Shown: positions 1 to 13,395, numbered from the stretch's first letter. The stretch: DNA of 64,000 nucleotides from Paraspadella gotoi (GCA_051294375.1 CM119267.1:11159045-11223044); one strand, 5' to 3'. Notes: a model not told the origin generated them from the letters alone. Made by a program: numbers and translations.

Positions 1-1272
1 GTTGGTCGCGAGAAGTGATTCGAGAAATGGGCTAAGAAGTCTTGGAGGGAAGCGAGAGGACTACACTGAATATGAATGCGTTCATTAGTGCAAAACAAGT
101 CGATAGCGAGAAAGGGAGAAAGGGAGGAAAGGAGAGGGAGGAAGAGGAGGTGAAGCTTTGCGGTTTTTCGCAGTCAAACGACGCGTCTTTGGTCTTGTTT
201 ACGTTCGCAATGGATTTGGAGAGACACCGTCGATTAGGAATGGACGCCTTAAGAAGTCGACTCTCGCCAATAGAGTTTCGGCCAAAGGGACGGACAGACG
301 TGTACACTGACTTTGCGGACATTTTCGAGTTTCCCGTCCCCCCCTAACCTGCCGGTAATGCTACAATGAATAATGCATAGCTAATCAACACAATGTCGAA
401 AACCCCTGTAGCGCCTTTTTTTTTCACGTATGGCCTCGCAAGGCCAAGTAGGGGGGAGTGAAAAGGGCGGGAACTGATTTGATTGGCTGTCAGAGAATCC
501 ATCGATTTCGCGGCTGGAGTCAGAATCGCCCCGAGGCCAGGGAAAGGTAAAAAGGCTAAAAGAGTCTCTTCCACGAATCTTAGACCGAGACGGATAACCC
601 TTTATACCTTTTTTTTTCTCTGCCGACAATGTCTGAGCCTTTTTTTTGTTTGTCGCCATTCACTTGGCTTCTTCCGTCTATGAAGAGCTTAACACCTTTA
701 ATAAAGTTGTTTCATTTGACTCTTTAATCTCAAGGTTGATGAATTAAAAAAAAACTCACTTAGCATTCGACTCTCCAACCCATTTCTATTTTCCCATATT
801 TCTCTTCCGCGATGACTTATTCCTCCTTTTCTCATTTTCCTTTTTTTCTTTTTCCGTCAAAAAAAAAAAGAAAAAGAAAAAATGAAAAACGTTTCTCCAT
901 CTTTTTTTCTCTTTGACATTTTTCCCACTACTTTTTCCCATTATCGTTTTTAACGTTTGCAATTTCTTCCTTCGCGCGTCGTCTCCGTCAAATCTCTTTT
1001 TCTTAACCTTACTCCGCATTATTCTTCTTTCTTAACCGTTTTATCTGGGACAAAACCACCCTACCTACTACCTACCATTCTTTTCTCTTCCCCTTTTCCC
1101 TTCTAGATCCTCTTTCCTCTTCCCTACCTCCAGTTTCCAATCGTCGGACCTTACCCTTTTCCCGTTCCAATATGACTCAATTACCCTTCCATAGAAACTC
1201 CGTCAAAGCCCATTCCCGATTCCCTCATCAATCGCGCTAATGCTCTATGATATTCAATCCAATCACGTCAAT

Positions 1273-1308
1273 TCTCTCTTCTCTCTCTCTCTCTCTCTCC
1301 TCTCTCTC

Positions 1309-1385
<77 letters not shown>
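1273..1385. repeat. (CT)n microsatellite, representative of dozens of (GA/CT)n tracts (e.g. 10737-10822, 11709-11790, 14828-14937, 26129-26238, 40938-41054, 51516-51630)
   Basis: Directly visible. Confidence 0.99.
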
Positions 1386-1388
<3 letters not shown>

Positions 1389-1753
1389 TCTCTCCTCCCT
1401 GCGGATTGTAAACGACAAGACGTCACAACAACGACAACCACGCAACGTTGACGAGGCGCACTGAGACGAGGGCACGCCGAAGACGACGACGACGACGACG
1501 ACGTCGTTCCGATTCTAATGAACTCATTTCATCTCCGGTCGGAGCAACGACTCTCCGAGAAAATGAGCGACAAGCTAATCACGATTTATCTAATATGACT
1601 TATAAGTTAAGTACATTAAAGCCCAATGGATTTTCCAACGAAGCTCTGTGACGCGATTAAACGATTAGGTTCTGATTAATAATCAAATTGCTTGTATAAA
1701 AAAAGACGTGTCTAACATCTCAGACCGAGTGGAATCGTTTTAAATGTGCTTAA

Positions 1754-2915
1754 GGCCAGGGATCACTCACTAATAATTGTAGAATATCTCAATTTACTGT
1801 ATCTTAATCATTTTCTTGCATCTGCTGTAAGAGATTTTCCATGTAAAAAATAATCGAAAACTTTTAAAAATCTACCTAAAATGTTCATAAAAATTTAAAC
1901 AAATTTTTTTTCTCGGTAAAACTACATTTTCAAGAGAAAAATATTTTTTTAAAGGTAAGCTAAAATTCTATGACAAAATTTTTAACTTAAAACTGATTCT
2001 TTACAGTAAGCTCAATTTCTACTTCTTATATGTAATCTCTTTTGATGCAAGTACGTCTTGAAGTTGTATCACTAATAAGTCTAAAATAAACTACTCTACA
2101 CATTTTCTCTGACGGTTTTTATGGTTTTATGAGTATTAAGTTAAAAAACTTATCAAATTAATTTCAATTTGGCTTTTTACTTTATGTAAATGCTTATATC
2201 ATAAAATATGTTGCGCTATTTTCTAGGAATCACTGAAAAAAAATAAATGCTGGATTAAAAAATTAAAAAACAGTAAGCCGTTTTTTTAAGACAATCGGCG
2301 TTGAAAAACTCCATCATCACATCCCGTGTTTGTATATGTTGTGTTGAATTCTTGCAGAGTAATGAGTACGGATTTAACTTTCTTGACGAAAAGAAGTTGA
2401 AAAAGAGTTGCAGCTCAAACCGTTGGACTATATCTTCTAGAAAAAAAATATCTAGGCGACAAGAAAAGTGGGGAGATTCTAATGAGCGCCTTTTTTTGAA
2501 AAACGTTCTTTGTTTCAAAGATTTATATGGAATTAATCTCAAAAATTTGACTAAAATAATCAAATTTTCATAGAGAAGGAATGTTCTGAAATACATAGAA
2601 TTGGAGTTTGATGACCTAAAGGTAATTCATCCCAAATTATTAGAAACCGCCTTACCGTTTTGGGTTGCAACTCTTCAAATAGGTTTCTTTTATTTATATG
2701 CACAGTACAAAAAATAATCAAAAAACGACTACGCTTGAAAAATACGCTACAAAGTGAATACATTTTCCGAATCGTCATTGGTAGCTCTTTCTTTCAAAAC
2801 TCTCAGTGCAGACGGCTCTCCACCCTGGCGAGTGGAGCGGAGCCCACAACCCCAAGATGCGATCTGAGTCGGTTTTAGCCCTAATTTACTAATTGAATTG
2901 AGTGATTCCCGGACC
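1754..2915. mobile_element. Degenerate ~1.16-kb AT-rich non-autonomous TIR element
   Basis: Left end TTAA|GGCCAGGGATCACTCA; right end TGAGTGATTCCCGGACC|ATAA, an imperfect reverse complement. The interior is AT-rich with no credible ORF. Confidence 0.4.
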
Positions 2916-2934
2916 ATAAAAGAAAAAGTAAAGT

Positions 2935-3175
2935 ACCAAATTTATAAAACCAAAATAAAAATTATTCATTTATTTAATGATTAAGCTATCTCTCCCCTGA
3001 CGTTGGACAGGTTAAGGCTTCCCATCCCTCTTACAAGATAATAACATAACAGTAAGCTTTCAATCAAGACTCTCTCACAGCCTAGTTTATTCCCTCCCAG
3101 AGCATATAATATTTCAAAGAATGTTTCAATGCATAAAATGACCACTTCCTCAAGTAATTGACCGGGGAATACTAT
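2935..3175. repeat. Diverged, internally deleted third copy of the 27463-28064 repeat family
   Basis: Shares TAAGCTATCT, CCCCTGAC-TTGGACAGG, CTCTTACAAGATAAT, CAAGACTCTCTCACAG, TCAAAGAATGTTTCAAT and CGGGGAATACT in the same order. Confidence 0.85.
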
Positions 3176-3489
3176 ATTTTAAAATGGTCCTGGTTATTGA
3201 GAGTTCGTTGAAGTTATCCTATTCGTCTGAAGTGAGTCGCCTTTAACGTCGTCATGTTCATTCCCATCCACCGAGCAAGATTACATCGACGACGATTCCT
3301 TCTTTCACCTAATTTCCTCTCTCACTCCCTCATTCTTCTTTTCTTCTCTCACTCACCCTCACCTACCAACGACCATTACCCCTCTTCCTCTCTTCTCTCT
3401 CTCCACTCTGCGATTTGCGTAGAAACCATAAATCCCACAGCAAAACACCACGACGCTACTGGCCCGTAATGGGAACGCCTGAGGAGCTA

Positions 3490-3535
<46 letters not shown>

Positions 3536-4740
3536 CACTCCTATCAAGGGGAATGGAAAGTGATATCAGCGGGGATGGTGAGAAAGTTAGAAAGTTAGAT
3601 ATTGTCGATGTTGTGATTTTCGTTCACATAGCCGCCTCCTGGCGGGAGAGCGAAAGTATTAGGCGAATGTTGTTCCTTCCAAATTGAGTCATTTAGGGAG
3701 CGGCCATTCGTGCTGACGGGCGGGAGGTTATTTCGATTAGGTTTTTTGGGGAATTTTTAAAATTAGTTTAATGAACATTAAACAATTAACAACATCATAA
3801 TAAAAAAATAAAGAAAACAACAAGAAGAAAAACAATAACGCCAGCAAAACAAAAATAAGAACAAAAGCAACTAAATTAAAACATCAACCATTTCCGAGAA
3901 TTCGCCCTCGTCCTCCCTAAAGTTTATTTTCGGAGAACCCAACGGGAAATTTTTAACGAACCGGAGCCGACTGACCGCGAAACGGCGCCGACCGAAGAAA
4001 TGGAATCCCGATCAATGTCCGTCCGTCCGTACAGTCTCCATCTCCCCCATCCATCAATCGGAAATCCGTACGTCTTAGATTTTAATGCGAAGTCCGTAGT
4101 CTTCGAAGCAGCGATTGTTTATTGGCGCTCGGTCTTCATCGATTCGATACGAGAGAGAGAAGAGAGAGACGGTGATTGAGATAGAGGGGGCGGCAGGGGG
4201 AGGGGGAGAATAGAGACCGAGAGTCGCAGGGGTAGCGGATGCGGCGACGGGCGCTCAGCGATGCGGGACTGGCCAGCGGTCAGACGAAAAAGCTATGGAG
4301 AAGGGGGGAGAGAGGAAAGGGGAGCGAAGTGATGGAGTCTTAAACGAGGGACTGAGTCATTGTCCGTCTTCGTCGTTAATTGGCGCGGAAGATGGATAGA
4401 TGGACTCTGTTCGACTGTTTAAGTTCTCCCATATACATTCTTTAACGCTCCCGGCCCGACGTTCGAGTTGGCGGGCCGAGATTGGGGGAGGTTGAAGGGG
4501 AGTGAGGGGAGAGAGGGTGGGTTTAGAATAACGTAGGAAGAGGGGTTGACAGGAAAGGAGACTACGTACAATTATTGGGAATGCTCCGCCCGAATATTAC
4601 TTTCGTCTGTTATACTCAGTTAGTATAAGGTATATAGTTTTTGTCAGCTTAGTTTTATTGTTTGTAAAGTAATCTTTATTAATCAATAACCACGAATAAA
4701 TAATATCTAAATTCCACGCCTTTCCCCACCTCCGTTCCCT

Positions 4741-7144
4741 TCACAAAGACGAAACACGCGAAGGCGCCTTCCCCGTCTTCAGTCTCTCCAGATGGCGTCT
4801 CTTGACGACGGCTGCGCCGTAGGACGGCGGCGAATCCGGCAACGCCAGCCAATCCGAGACCTTCTTCTTTACTGCGGCTGCGGCTCCCCCTGATGCTCCG
4901 GCTTTGCTGGCGGCGACTTCTTCTGCGGCGTCGACGTCGTCTTCCGAGATGAAGATCTTCATCCCGAATTTAGACTTGACGTTCAACTCGATCGGCACCT
5001 TTCGCGAGATTTCCCTGTAGCAGTCGTAGAGATTCCGGGTGATCTCTCTCGAGGTGTTGACGCCGAGATTGAGGCGGATCAGTTTTAGGATAAAGACGCC
5101 GTCATGACGGAGGTAGACCGTCTCGAACCTTTCCACGTCCAGCCTCCTGACTTCGTCCCGATGATGATTCTGCAGCAGGACCTTCTTGACGAGATCGTCG
5201 CGGAGACTCGGGATGAACATCCTTGCCGCCCAGAGCAAGATGCTCGTCACCATGCCCAGCACGAGGAAGATGAGGATGAGACAATCGATGGCGAACACCT
5301 TCGAGTTGAACATGTTGAGCGGGAGGGTGCAGAGATGCTTTTTCTCTTCCAACACTTTGATGTTGTTGTGGAACTTGCAGATGCCCAACAGGGGAAAGAT
5401 TTTCGACTGGGTGGCGTTTTTCCTGAAGGTCAGTTCGTTCATGACCTCGTGAAAGTTGACGAGGAATTGGTGGTCGAAGATCCCGTTCAGAAGGATCATT
5501 TGAAGAACGATGCTGATCACGTAGAAGATTTTCATGGAGAAATAACAGAGGGTCAGGTTGTAAATGGTCATCTTTTTCCAACTTTTGAGAGGGCCCATTC
5601 CTGTAACGAGGAGATTCTATATTTTTATTTTTCTCTTTGTGACATATGCTCTTCGATAGTCAACCTTCGATGTTTCGCCGGAAGAAGGCGTGGAGAACGT
5701 GCGCCAACTCCACCGTCAGTCCTTCCCTTTTTTTCGTCGTCTTGTAGACCTCGGTCAACTTGGAGGCGCCGTCCATGATCGTTGGGAGGTTGATTCCGCT
5801 GCCGGAGGCGCGCTGCAGCCAAAACGCGTGCGGCAGCTGCAGCATTATCGCCTTAAAAGGGCAGGGAAATAAGGAAGTGAGAATAAATTTTTGAATTATT
5901 ATATGGACGCGGTAAAAAAAAAGAGAGACAGACCTGGACTAAAAGAATGAAAGGGACCCACTGATAGTAGGAGAGGAGATGATCGTCATCTACCCGGTGG
6001 GCGCCATGGGACCAGCAAAATGACTTGACGTACTTCATGCTCGCCTTGGCATCGGTCAGCGTTTGAGTGCACTACAAAATAAATCCGGGAGAACTAAAAA
6101 AGTTTAAATTTCTATGCCAATCAATAATAACAATTTTAGTTTATAGGTTCTCCTCTTATTTGTAACGGATAGAATGAGGAAGAAATCTTAAAACAATATT
6201 TTGTTGAGACTCATATTCTCATTAGCATATTGCAGTAGTTATCAGAGAGAAGTTTCTTTAATGTTACCATTTTAAAATAAAATAAAAAAACAATTTTTTT
6301 CTTATCGAATCTTTTAGTATAACTATAATATTGCTTTGATCGCTGGTTGTTATGACTGTTTTTCGATACTGAGAATTGTTGAAATTAAAATCTCCAAACA
6401 ATACCGAAAGAGCATTAAATACAAATAGTATTATAGTAAGAATGAAGCTGATTACTAAAAATGAAAAAAAATTCAGAAGATAGCGTTTTATTAACGTTGT
6501 TTGAGAGAAAGAGAAGGACAAAGAAAAAAAAATTTTCCACTCTGATCCACATTTCCACAACTGATCTTTGAACGTTTTTAAACGTTATATTTTATAATTT
6601 ATTATGATTTAGTTCATAACATTTTAATTTTAATTAATGATTCAATTTTATTCACCATTATTTTAAACTTAGTGTTTTTTATTTTGGTTGATTTTAATGT
6701 TTAGTTTTTACATGTTTATCGTTTTCCAGTCTTTTACACTGTCACTGTTTTTCATTATGTCATTACTGTTTTTGGTATTAATAAATAAATAAAAAAAACA
6801 GATCTTCGAGTCAACGAAAATACATGATGAAAACAAAAATCATGAATAGCTTTAGCAACGATTAAAAAAATAATAAAACAAAAAAGAATTAACGGGCTCA
6901 ATTTGCCACACATGACGATGACTCCAGCTTCCCTTCCTTTTTAATCAGGTCTCCGATGTCACAGACCTTTCCTTACCTCGATTGGGTCCCCGTAAAAGTG
7001 CATGATGCCGAAGAGGGACGAGGTGAGGATGAGGATGATCGGCGCGTAGAGTCGATGACCGCGATCGAAGCTGTCGTCGATGAAGCGATGGCGGGAAAAT
7101 GTTCCCATCAAATCCGAAAACACTTTTATGTCCACTTTAGACAT
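4741..7144 (-). CDS. inx: Innexin (gap-junction/hemichannel protein), 4 coding exons: 7144-6977, 6071-5934, 5851-5665, 5600-4741; 450 aa
   Basis: Manual splicing with GT-AG introns (905, 82, 64 nt; phases 0, 0, 1) gives one open frame. It includes DDSFDRGHRLYAPIILILTSSLFG (TM1), GDPIEC and YVKSFCW (EL1 cysteines), the innexin signature YYQWVPFILLVQA, P-H-A-F-W, and FPLLGICKF...HLCTLPLNMFNSKVF (EL2) followed by TM4. ATG is preceded by an A-run. The specific paralogue cannot be assigned. Confidence 0.95.
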
Positions 7145-7636
7145 TTTTTTTTTGGTGGTTCGCTCTTTAACGTTTTTAACGTTTGAAACGAGTTTCGACA
7201 AAAGAACAACAACGAGGAAGAAAAACATCGAAGGTTCCTCAACCCGCATTTAGTTTTTTTTTTTTTTTTGCGTCAGACGATAAAAGTAAAGATAATAATG
7301 TAATTAACTGCGTACGGGCGGCTGAGGCGGCTCGTCAAAAGCTAAGAACTGTTTGGGTTGTTTTTTTTTTTGGGATCGAGAACAAGAAAGGAATATTTAT
7401 TTCTAACTTTTAAGTATACGGTTTACCTGCGACTTTAATCGACAATGACAGTTAAAACGGTCACAAAGACAAGTGAAGTGAAACATTAAGTAGGACTCGT
7501 CAGTCGTCACGGGTTCGATCCCGGTCGGAGACTGACGATCGCTAATCAGTAGTGACATCTCTCAAGAGATTTAACCCTTTGAAGCGGTTGTAATAAAAAA
7601 GGAGAAAATTGAAGTACAGAGAGAAAGGAGATTGAT

Positions 7637-8484
7637 TTATTTTCGAATTTGAAATTCGCAAGTCGGGGGGATTCCGTGTTCCTCGCACCTGAGGAGCAAA
7701 AAAAAAATGAAGAAATGAATTATTCATTAGATTCATCAAAGTTTCGTCATCGTCGTCGTAACCGTCATCGTCAATGTCTGCGTATCTAACGTAATGAAAC
7801 AAAGGAGTCGACTAATTTTACGACGAATTAATTTGGATAAAAGAATCTAAGTTAAATTCGAAGATCAGAAGCCAGAAGCAACTTGGGCAAGTCCTGGATG
7901 ATTAATTTTTCTTCCTTGCTATTTCTCTCGTCTCTCGAAAACCTTTCGTCTATGATGTACGAAACAAGTAGTTGCTAAGTCGCCTCTCTTTAACCGTCCC
8001 CGTCTCCTCGCTCACTGGCATTTATTGCAGACGCATTTTCCTCGATTATTGCAAATCGATCCGTCGCCAGAAAGACATTCCTCGACGGATGTGGAGCAAC
8101 CGCAATCTTCGCCCGTGAAGCCTCTCGCGCAAACGCATTCGTTGCATTCACAGGACCCGCGCTCAGATCCGCCGCACACAAGACCCTGCAGGAGAGATAA
8201 GGGTCGAGTTTGCAGTACTTCCCCATAAGCCTTTTGTCCAATGTTTTACTAACCTCGTGTCTCGGACAGTGTTCGGAGCCGCACTCGCAAAAAACTCCGT
8301 AATAGTTACGATCGCATTGGCAAAATCCATCGCGACAGCGTCCGACTCCGGAGCAGACGAGCGCGTCGTCGGAAGACCGGCACGCCTCCAAGTTTTCCGT
8401 CGCTTCCGGAGGCATGAATGGCGAAGACGCCGCCGATAACAACGAAGCCGCAGACAGGAACGTCACCAAAGAAATCGGGTTCAT
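7637..8484 (-). CDS. Small secreted cysteine-rich protein: signal peptide plus three integrin-beta-type EGF (I-EGF) repeats, ITGBL1-like; exons 8484-8254, 8185-8016, 7688-7637; 150 aa
   Basis: Hydrophobic N-terminus MNPISLVTFLSAASLLSAASS. Repeats are CSGVGRCRDGFCQCDRNYYGVFCEC, CGGSERGSCECNECVCARGFTGEDCGC and CNNRGKCVCNKCQCEEHGIPPTCE. Donors GTTAGT and GTGAGC; acceptors TGCAG and a strong T-run plus CCTCAG. Phase-2 splicing restores the expected C-Q-C and the closing Cys. Confidence 0.85.
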
Positions 8485-10733
8485 TTTTATTGTGATTAAT
8501 AACGCTGGGAATTTAGCGATAAGTTATTAACTTTTTTGTGAAAAAAATGCGGTTCTTTTTTCGAAAAAGTTTTTCGTGAAAGGATATTTGTCTATGTCTC
8601 TTAGAGTCGCAGATTTTTTTTCTGTCACCAAATTGGATTACTAGTTAATCCAATTTTTTAAGGTCCGGATTTTTTCATAATCGTTTTTACTGTGATTCAG
8701 ATAAGCGTAACAAGTCTCCTGAGCCTCTTATTTGCGGATAATATAGCTATAGGAAACTTTAAAAATTGACGTGAAATGAAAAACAATTAAAAGCAAAAAA
8801 TCAAAGAGTCTATGATTAAGACAGATTGACATGGGACTTTGGTAGAAAGTCCACGACTGACAGACAAAACGTCGACCAATGAAATAGAGAGAAAGAGAAG
8901 GACAAAGAAAAAAAAANNNNNNNNNNNNNNNNNNNNNNNNNNNNNNNNNNNNNNNNNNNNNNNNNNNNNNNNNNNNNNNNNNNNNNNNNNNNNNNNNNNN
9001 NNNNNNNNNNNNNNNNNNNNNNNNNNNNNNNNNNNNNNNNNNNNNNNNNNNNNNNNNNNNNNNNNNNNNNNNNNNNNNNNNNNNNNNNNNNNNNNNNNNN
9101 NNNNNNNNNNNNNNNNGCGGAAAAACTAAGGGGAAAGGAAATGCAGAGGGAGAGGGAGGGAAAGGAAGATGAAGGGAATAAATGAGAAAGACTAAGGGAG
9201 GGAGTAGGAAGATGGGAAAGAGAGAAATGAGAAATAGGGATGGAGGAAGATAGAAAGAAAAGAAGTGTTGGAAAAAAGGAAGGAGGAAGGGAGAAAGAAA
9301 GAAGAGAGTGATTTCCATTGAGACATTAATTCTCTGCTTCGGTATTATGATTTATGAGAATATACATTAATTGAAACAAACACATCTCCAAAGTCTTTAA
9401 CAAAATGTATTTAACAAGAAGCAAAAAAAAAAAATATCGCTCTAGCTTTCATCACGTCCTGCTGACAGTTTCCCGCCGCGTTTGACCAATGATTCAGAAA
9501 AAGAAAAGCGCGCGCGGAACGCATTCTGTCTCGACGCGTGTTTCGACGCCGCACGCGCTCTCCAACGTCTATGGTGTCGCTATCACGTGGCTGACCAGGA
9601 TTTTCCCACAGACAGTTAACGGGACGACCTGACAATGTAGAGCGATTATTTGGGAAACAACTTGAACTCTATAAATTCAGTGGGTGTGAGAAATAGCAAG
9701 TGGTATCGAAACAATATTAAGCCCAATCCTGTGGACTTTTTGATGAATGACTGACCATTTATCATTTTATCTTTAATTCAATATTATTTAGCAATTATAA
9801 CTGCAGTCCTTCCCGTCGTTCGAGACCACCGACTGACCACATAACACCTTTTGACCCTCACCTTCAACAATCACACCTCAGGACGTCCGTCTCCTCTTAT
9901 TACCCTCGCAGAAGCCGACAGCCCCGTTTCCAATTATTAGTCGAATCCCGAACGAAGAATTAGCATCAGCGAAAGAGAGAAAGCGTCAGGGGTCAGATTC
10001 GGACTATGACCTCTCTTGGGGACAAATGGCGGAAAGATGAGAGAGAAAAGGGGAGAGAGAGGAGAGAGAAAGAGAGAGAGAGATAGGAGAGAGTGCGCGC
10101 AATATTTGATTCGTGCTCCGGTCATTAGCTCGATTTCGGTTAAATTGAGAAGTGACCTGCAACGGGGGGCGTAGACCAAGGTCCAAGGATGCGAAAACTC
10201 ATGCGATGACGCAACCTTAACAATAGAACTTTCCCGTTGAATGGAAGGGCAAAGGGTCTCGAGGAAGTTGGGTGAGTGAAAAGTTGGGTCAAGGGTGAGT
10301 TTAAAAGCGTTCGAGCGTTTAAGAATAGGTGAGGAGAAGTCAGTTGAGTACAAAAATAATGAAAATGGATGGATTGGTATATTGTGTTTATAAGTGGAAA
10401 AGGCTACAAAAAAGTCAACATTAGAAATAACGGAGTTCAAACTTTAAGTCACTGCATATATTTCAGTCGGTCCGTACGTCTGTCTCTCCCTCCGTCCGCT
10501 CGTTTACAACTATATATAAGTAAAGAACTAGTTATAGATTTAATTAAAACAATTTTTATCAATTTAGCTAGGAAAAAATAAAAAAAATTGAAAAAGAAAA
10601 GAAAAAGAAAAAAATAATAAAGGGATAAAAAAATGGAAGAAAAGGAAATAAAAACATTGAATTGAGGGAAATAAAAATATTTGGTTTGGAAAGGACAAGA
10701 GGCTTTTGTCAACGGAGACCCATTGCGTCTCTG

Positions 10734-10828
<95 letters not shown>

Positions 10829-11311
10829 ATCACATCACCATGTGGTGCGACCGTCGTGGGGTTTCCCTTCGAAACTCTTAATATTTGTGAATTTTTAAAA
10901 CGATTTCGTTCGCTAGAAAAAAAAAATGCTTTCATAAATTTAAAGGGCCCCACCACTCCCTTACGCCCCCCTCTCGATATTCCGAATATAAAAAAAAAAA
11001 CTACCCTTTCAAACAAAGAACGGTGAAAAAAAAACTGAGAAGACAAAGGACGAATTAAAATATTCCGCCTAAAAAAGTATTCCGATCCGTCGCCTATCGT
11101 CTTCCATCGGCCGCTCGCATCAAAATGTAAATCCCTTAAAAAAAAAAAATTCTCCCTCCCTCCCTCCCTCCCTCCATGTCCCTCTCCACCTTTTACCTCT
11201 CCTCCCTCTCCCTTTTCTCTCTCTCTTCCTCGACAGGCTGCGACGGGCCGACGTCTCTCTTCCTCGGTCGGTGTCGGTCAATGCCCGCGCCGATGACGAC
11301 GACGATGATGA

Positions 11312-11343
<32 letters not shown>

Positions 11344-11708
11344 ACACGCGTAGAGAAAATACCTGGATGATGACGACGAGGCCCATGATGTTGTTGGAGA
11401 AAACAAGGGTGAAAAGAAAAACATCGACGACATTATGAACAATTGAATATGAGAACATCAACATACGTATACTTCGCAAGTTCGCGTAGTCATCAACAAC
11501 AGCAACAACAACCGCAGCAACAGCAGTAGCAGCAGCCGCAACGACGTAGACGAATCCATTAGTAGCGACACCGACGCCAATAACAACAACAACAACCACG
11601 TTGACTCTAAAACGGCGAAAATATGCAAAATTGCGTCGGCATAATTTTTTTTTTACATCGTGATATCGATTCATCGGAGAGAGAAAGACGTGCGGGGTTT
11701 GAGGGGGG

Positions 11709-11797
<89 letters not shown>

Positions 11798-11928
11798 GGT
11801 GGAGGAGGGTGGGAGGGTGAGAATCACGCGGGCGTGAAGTTTTCCGTCGAAACAAAGGAATGGATAGCAACTTGGAATAGCGAGGTAGCTGAAGACGGTG
11901 AACGATAGTAATCAATAATGAAAAATCA

Positions 11929-11929
<1 letters not shown>

Positions 11930-11980
<51 letters not shown>
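11930..11980. repeat. (TTA)n microsatellite
   Basis: Directly visible. Confidence 0.99.
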
Positions 11981-11982
<2 letters not shown>

Positions 11983-12744
11983 ATACCAAATATAAACGTT
12001 TCAATTTTGGAAAACGGGCTACAGTTTTTTATGAAGTAGTTTTTAACATTTTAGCAATGTTATAAGTTTTGATATTAATGTTTTTTACGATATTTTTGTT
12101 CTCAGTGTAGTTTTATTTGTTTGTAAACCGTGCTTACACTGTTACTGTTACCGTTACTGTTTTTTGTATTCAATTATGTTAATATCGTTTTTGTTATTAA
12201 TAAAAAAAGAAAAAAGAAAACTGGCTACTCCAATAACTTTGTATCTAATGAAATCTATTGACAGTGGAGGAACGAGTTAAACTACATGCACTGAATGACA
12301 ATATTTCATAAAAATGAATGACTAATTTAAATAAAACTTATGTGGAGTAGAACACCCGCGAGAGAAAACAGAAACTCTAAAACAATTTTTAGCAACGAAA
12401 ACATAATTCATAATACGGAAAAAATCGTCCCGAGCAACGGGAAACTGACGAAAATAAATCTCGACAAAAGATCTTCCGCGAAAAAATAATCTCTCTTTCG
12501 AAAAAAAAAAATAAAGAAAAGCTCCCGAGTGAAAATAAAGGAGAAAATGAAAAGAATGAAATAAAGAATCGAGGAAAAAAGTTAACATTTTTCTGCTTCG
12601 TGATTTTTTTTTGTTGTTGTGCGTCACGAATTTCCTCGCAAATTTCCTCTTGTGAAAAAAAAAAATCGGAGGGGGGGGGGTGGCGGGCTTTCCTCTGAAA
12701 ATCTTTTTTTAAACTTCACGCTCACGACTTAGTCCTCTTGGACC

Positions 12745-12791
<47 letters not shown>

Positions 12792-13395
12792 GGGAAAATG
12801 TTCACCATTCACTTCATAAATTATCGACAGTTAAAATAAGCCCTAGACAACAATAAACCTCTAGTCTTTACATACCTCAACTTATATCCTATGTATTTTC
12901 AAATATCCGAGGTTAAGTTCCCCAAAGTGTTCATTTTTGATCTTTTTAACTCCACCTCCTCCGCGGTCCTCGGCCTCTTCACCACCCCGAGGCAAGAATC
13001 GATCCGCGCTGCCATCGAAAGCAATCGCCGCCAATATGGCCCGTGAAGACTGCCCCTTTAAGCCCAACCCCCTTACGACCCACCAATATGCCCGCTCCAC
13101 CAATCTGGCCTCTCTCCTCTCAACCGCGGGGTCGATTTCTTGACTCACTCGCGTGAAAACGCGTCGCAGGTTTTTTTCCCCATAATCTCTCGAGACGGAA
13201 AAGAGAGGAGAGAGAAGAAGAAAAGAAAAAAGAAAGAAAGAGAGAACTCAAAACGACAACACGGAATGTACTAACGAAATATCAAAGAAATGATCAAAAT
13301 TCGGGTTTATTCTACATCAGTCTTGTTACAGCATTGAAAACACTACCGCCTCATATTACAACCATCTACACCGTCTGTATCGTCACAAGAATCGA

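Noticed and set aside
5102-5778. Alternative-frame and antisense ORFs over innexin
   Set aside because: Shadow ORFs of a GC3-rich coding exon.
8012-8014. In-frame TGA at a conserved Cys position of the EGF protein (possible selenocysteine or recoding)
   Set aside because: The TGA is part of the donor CA|GTGAGC. Splicing to the acceptor at 7689 supplies the Cys and completes the repeat, whereas read-through gives non-EGF sequence.
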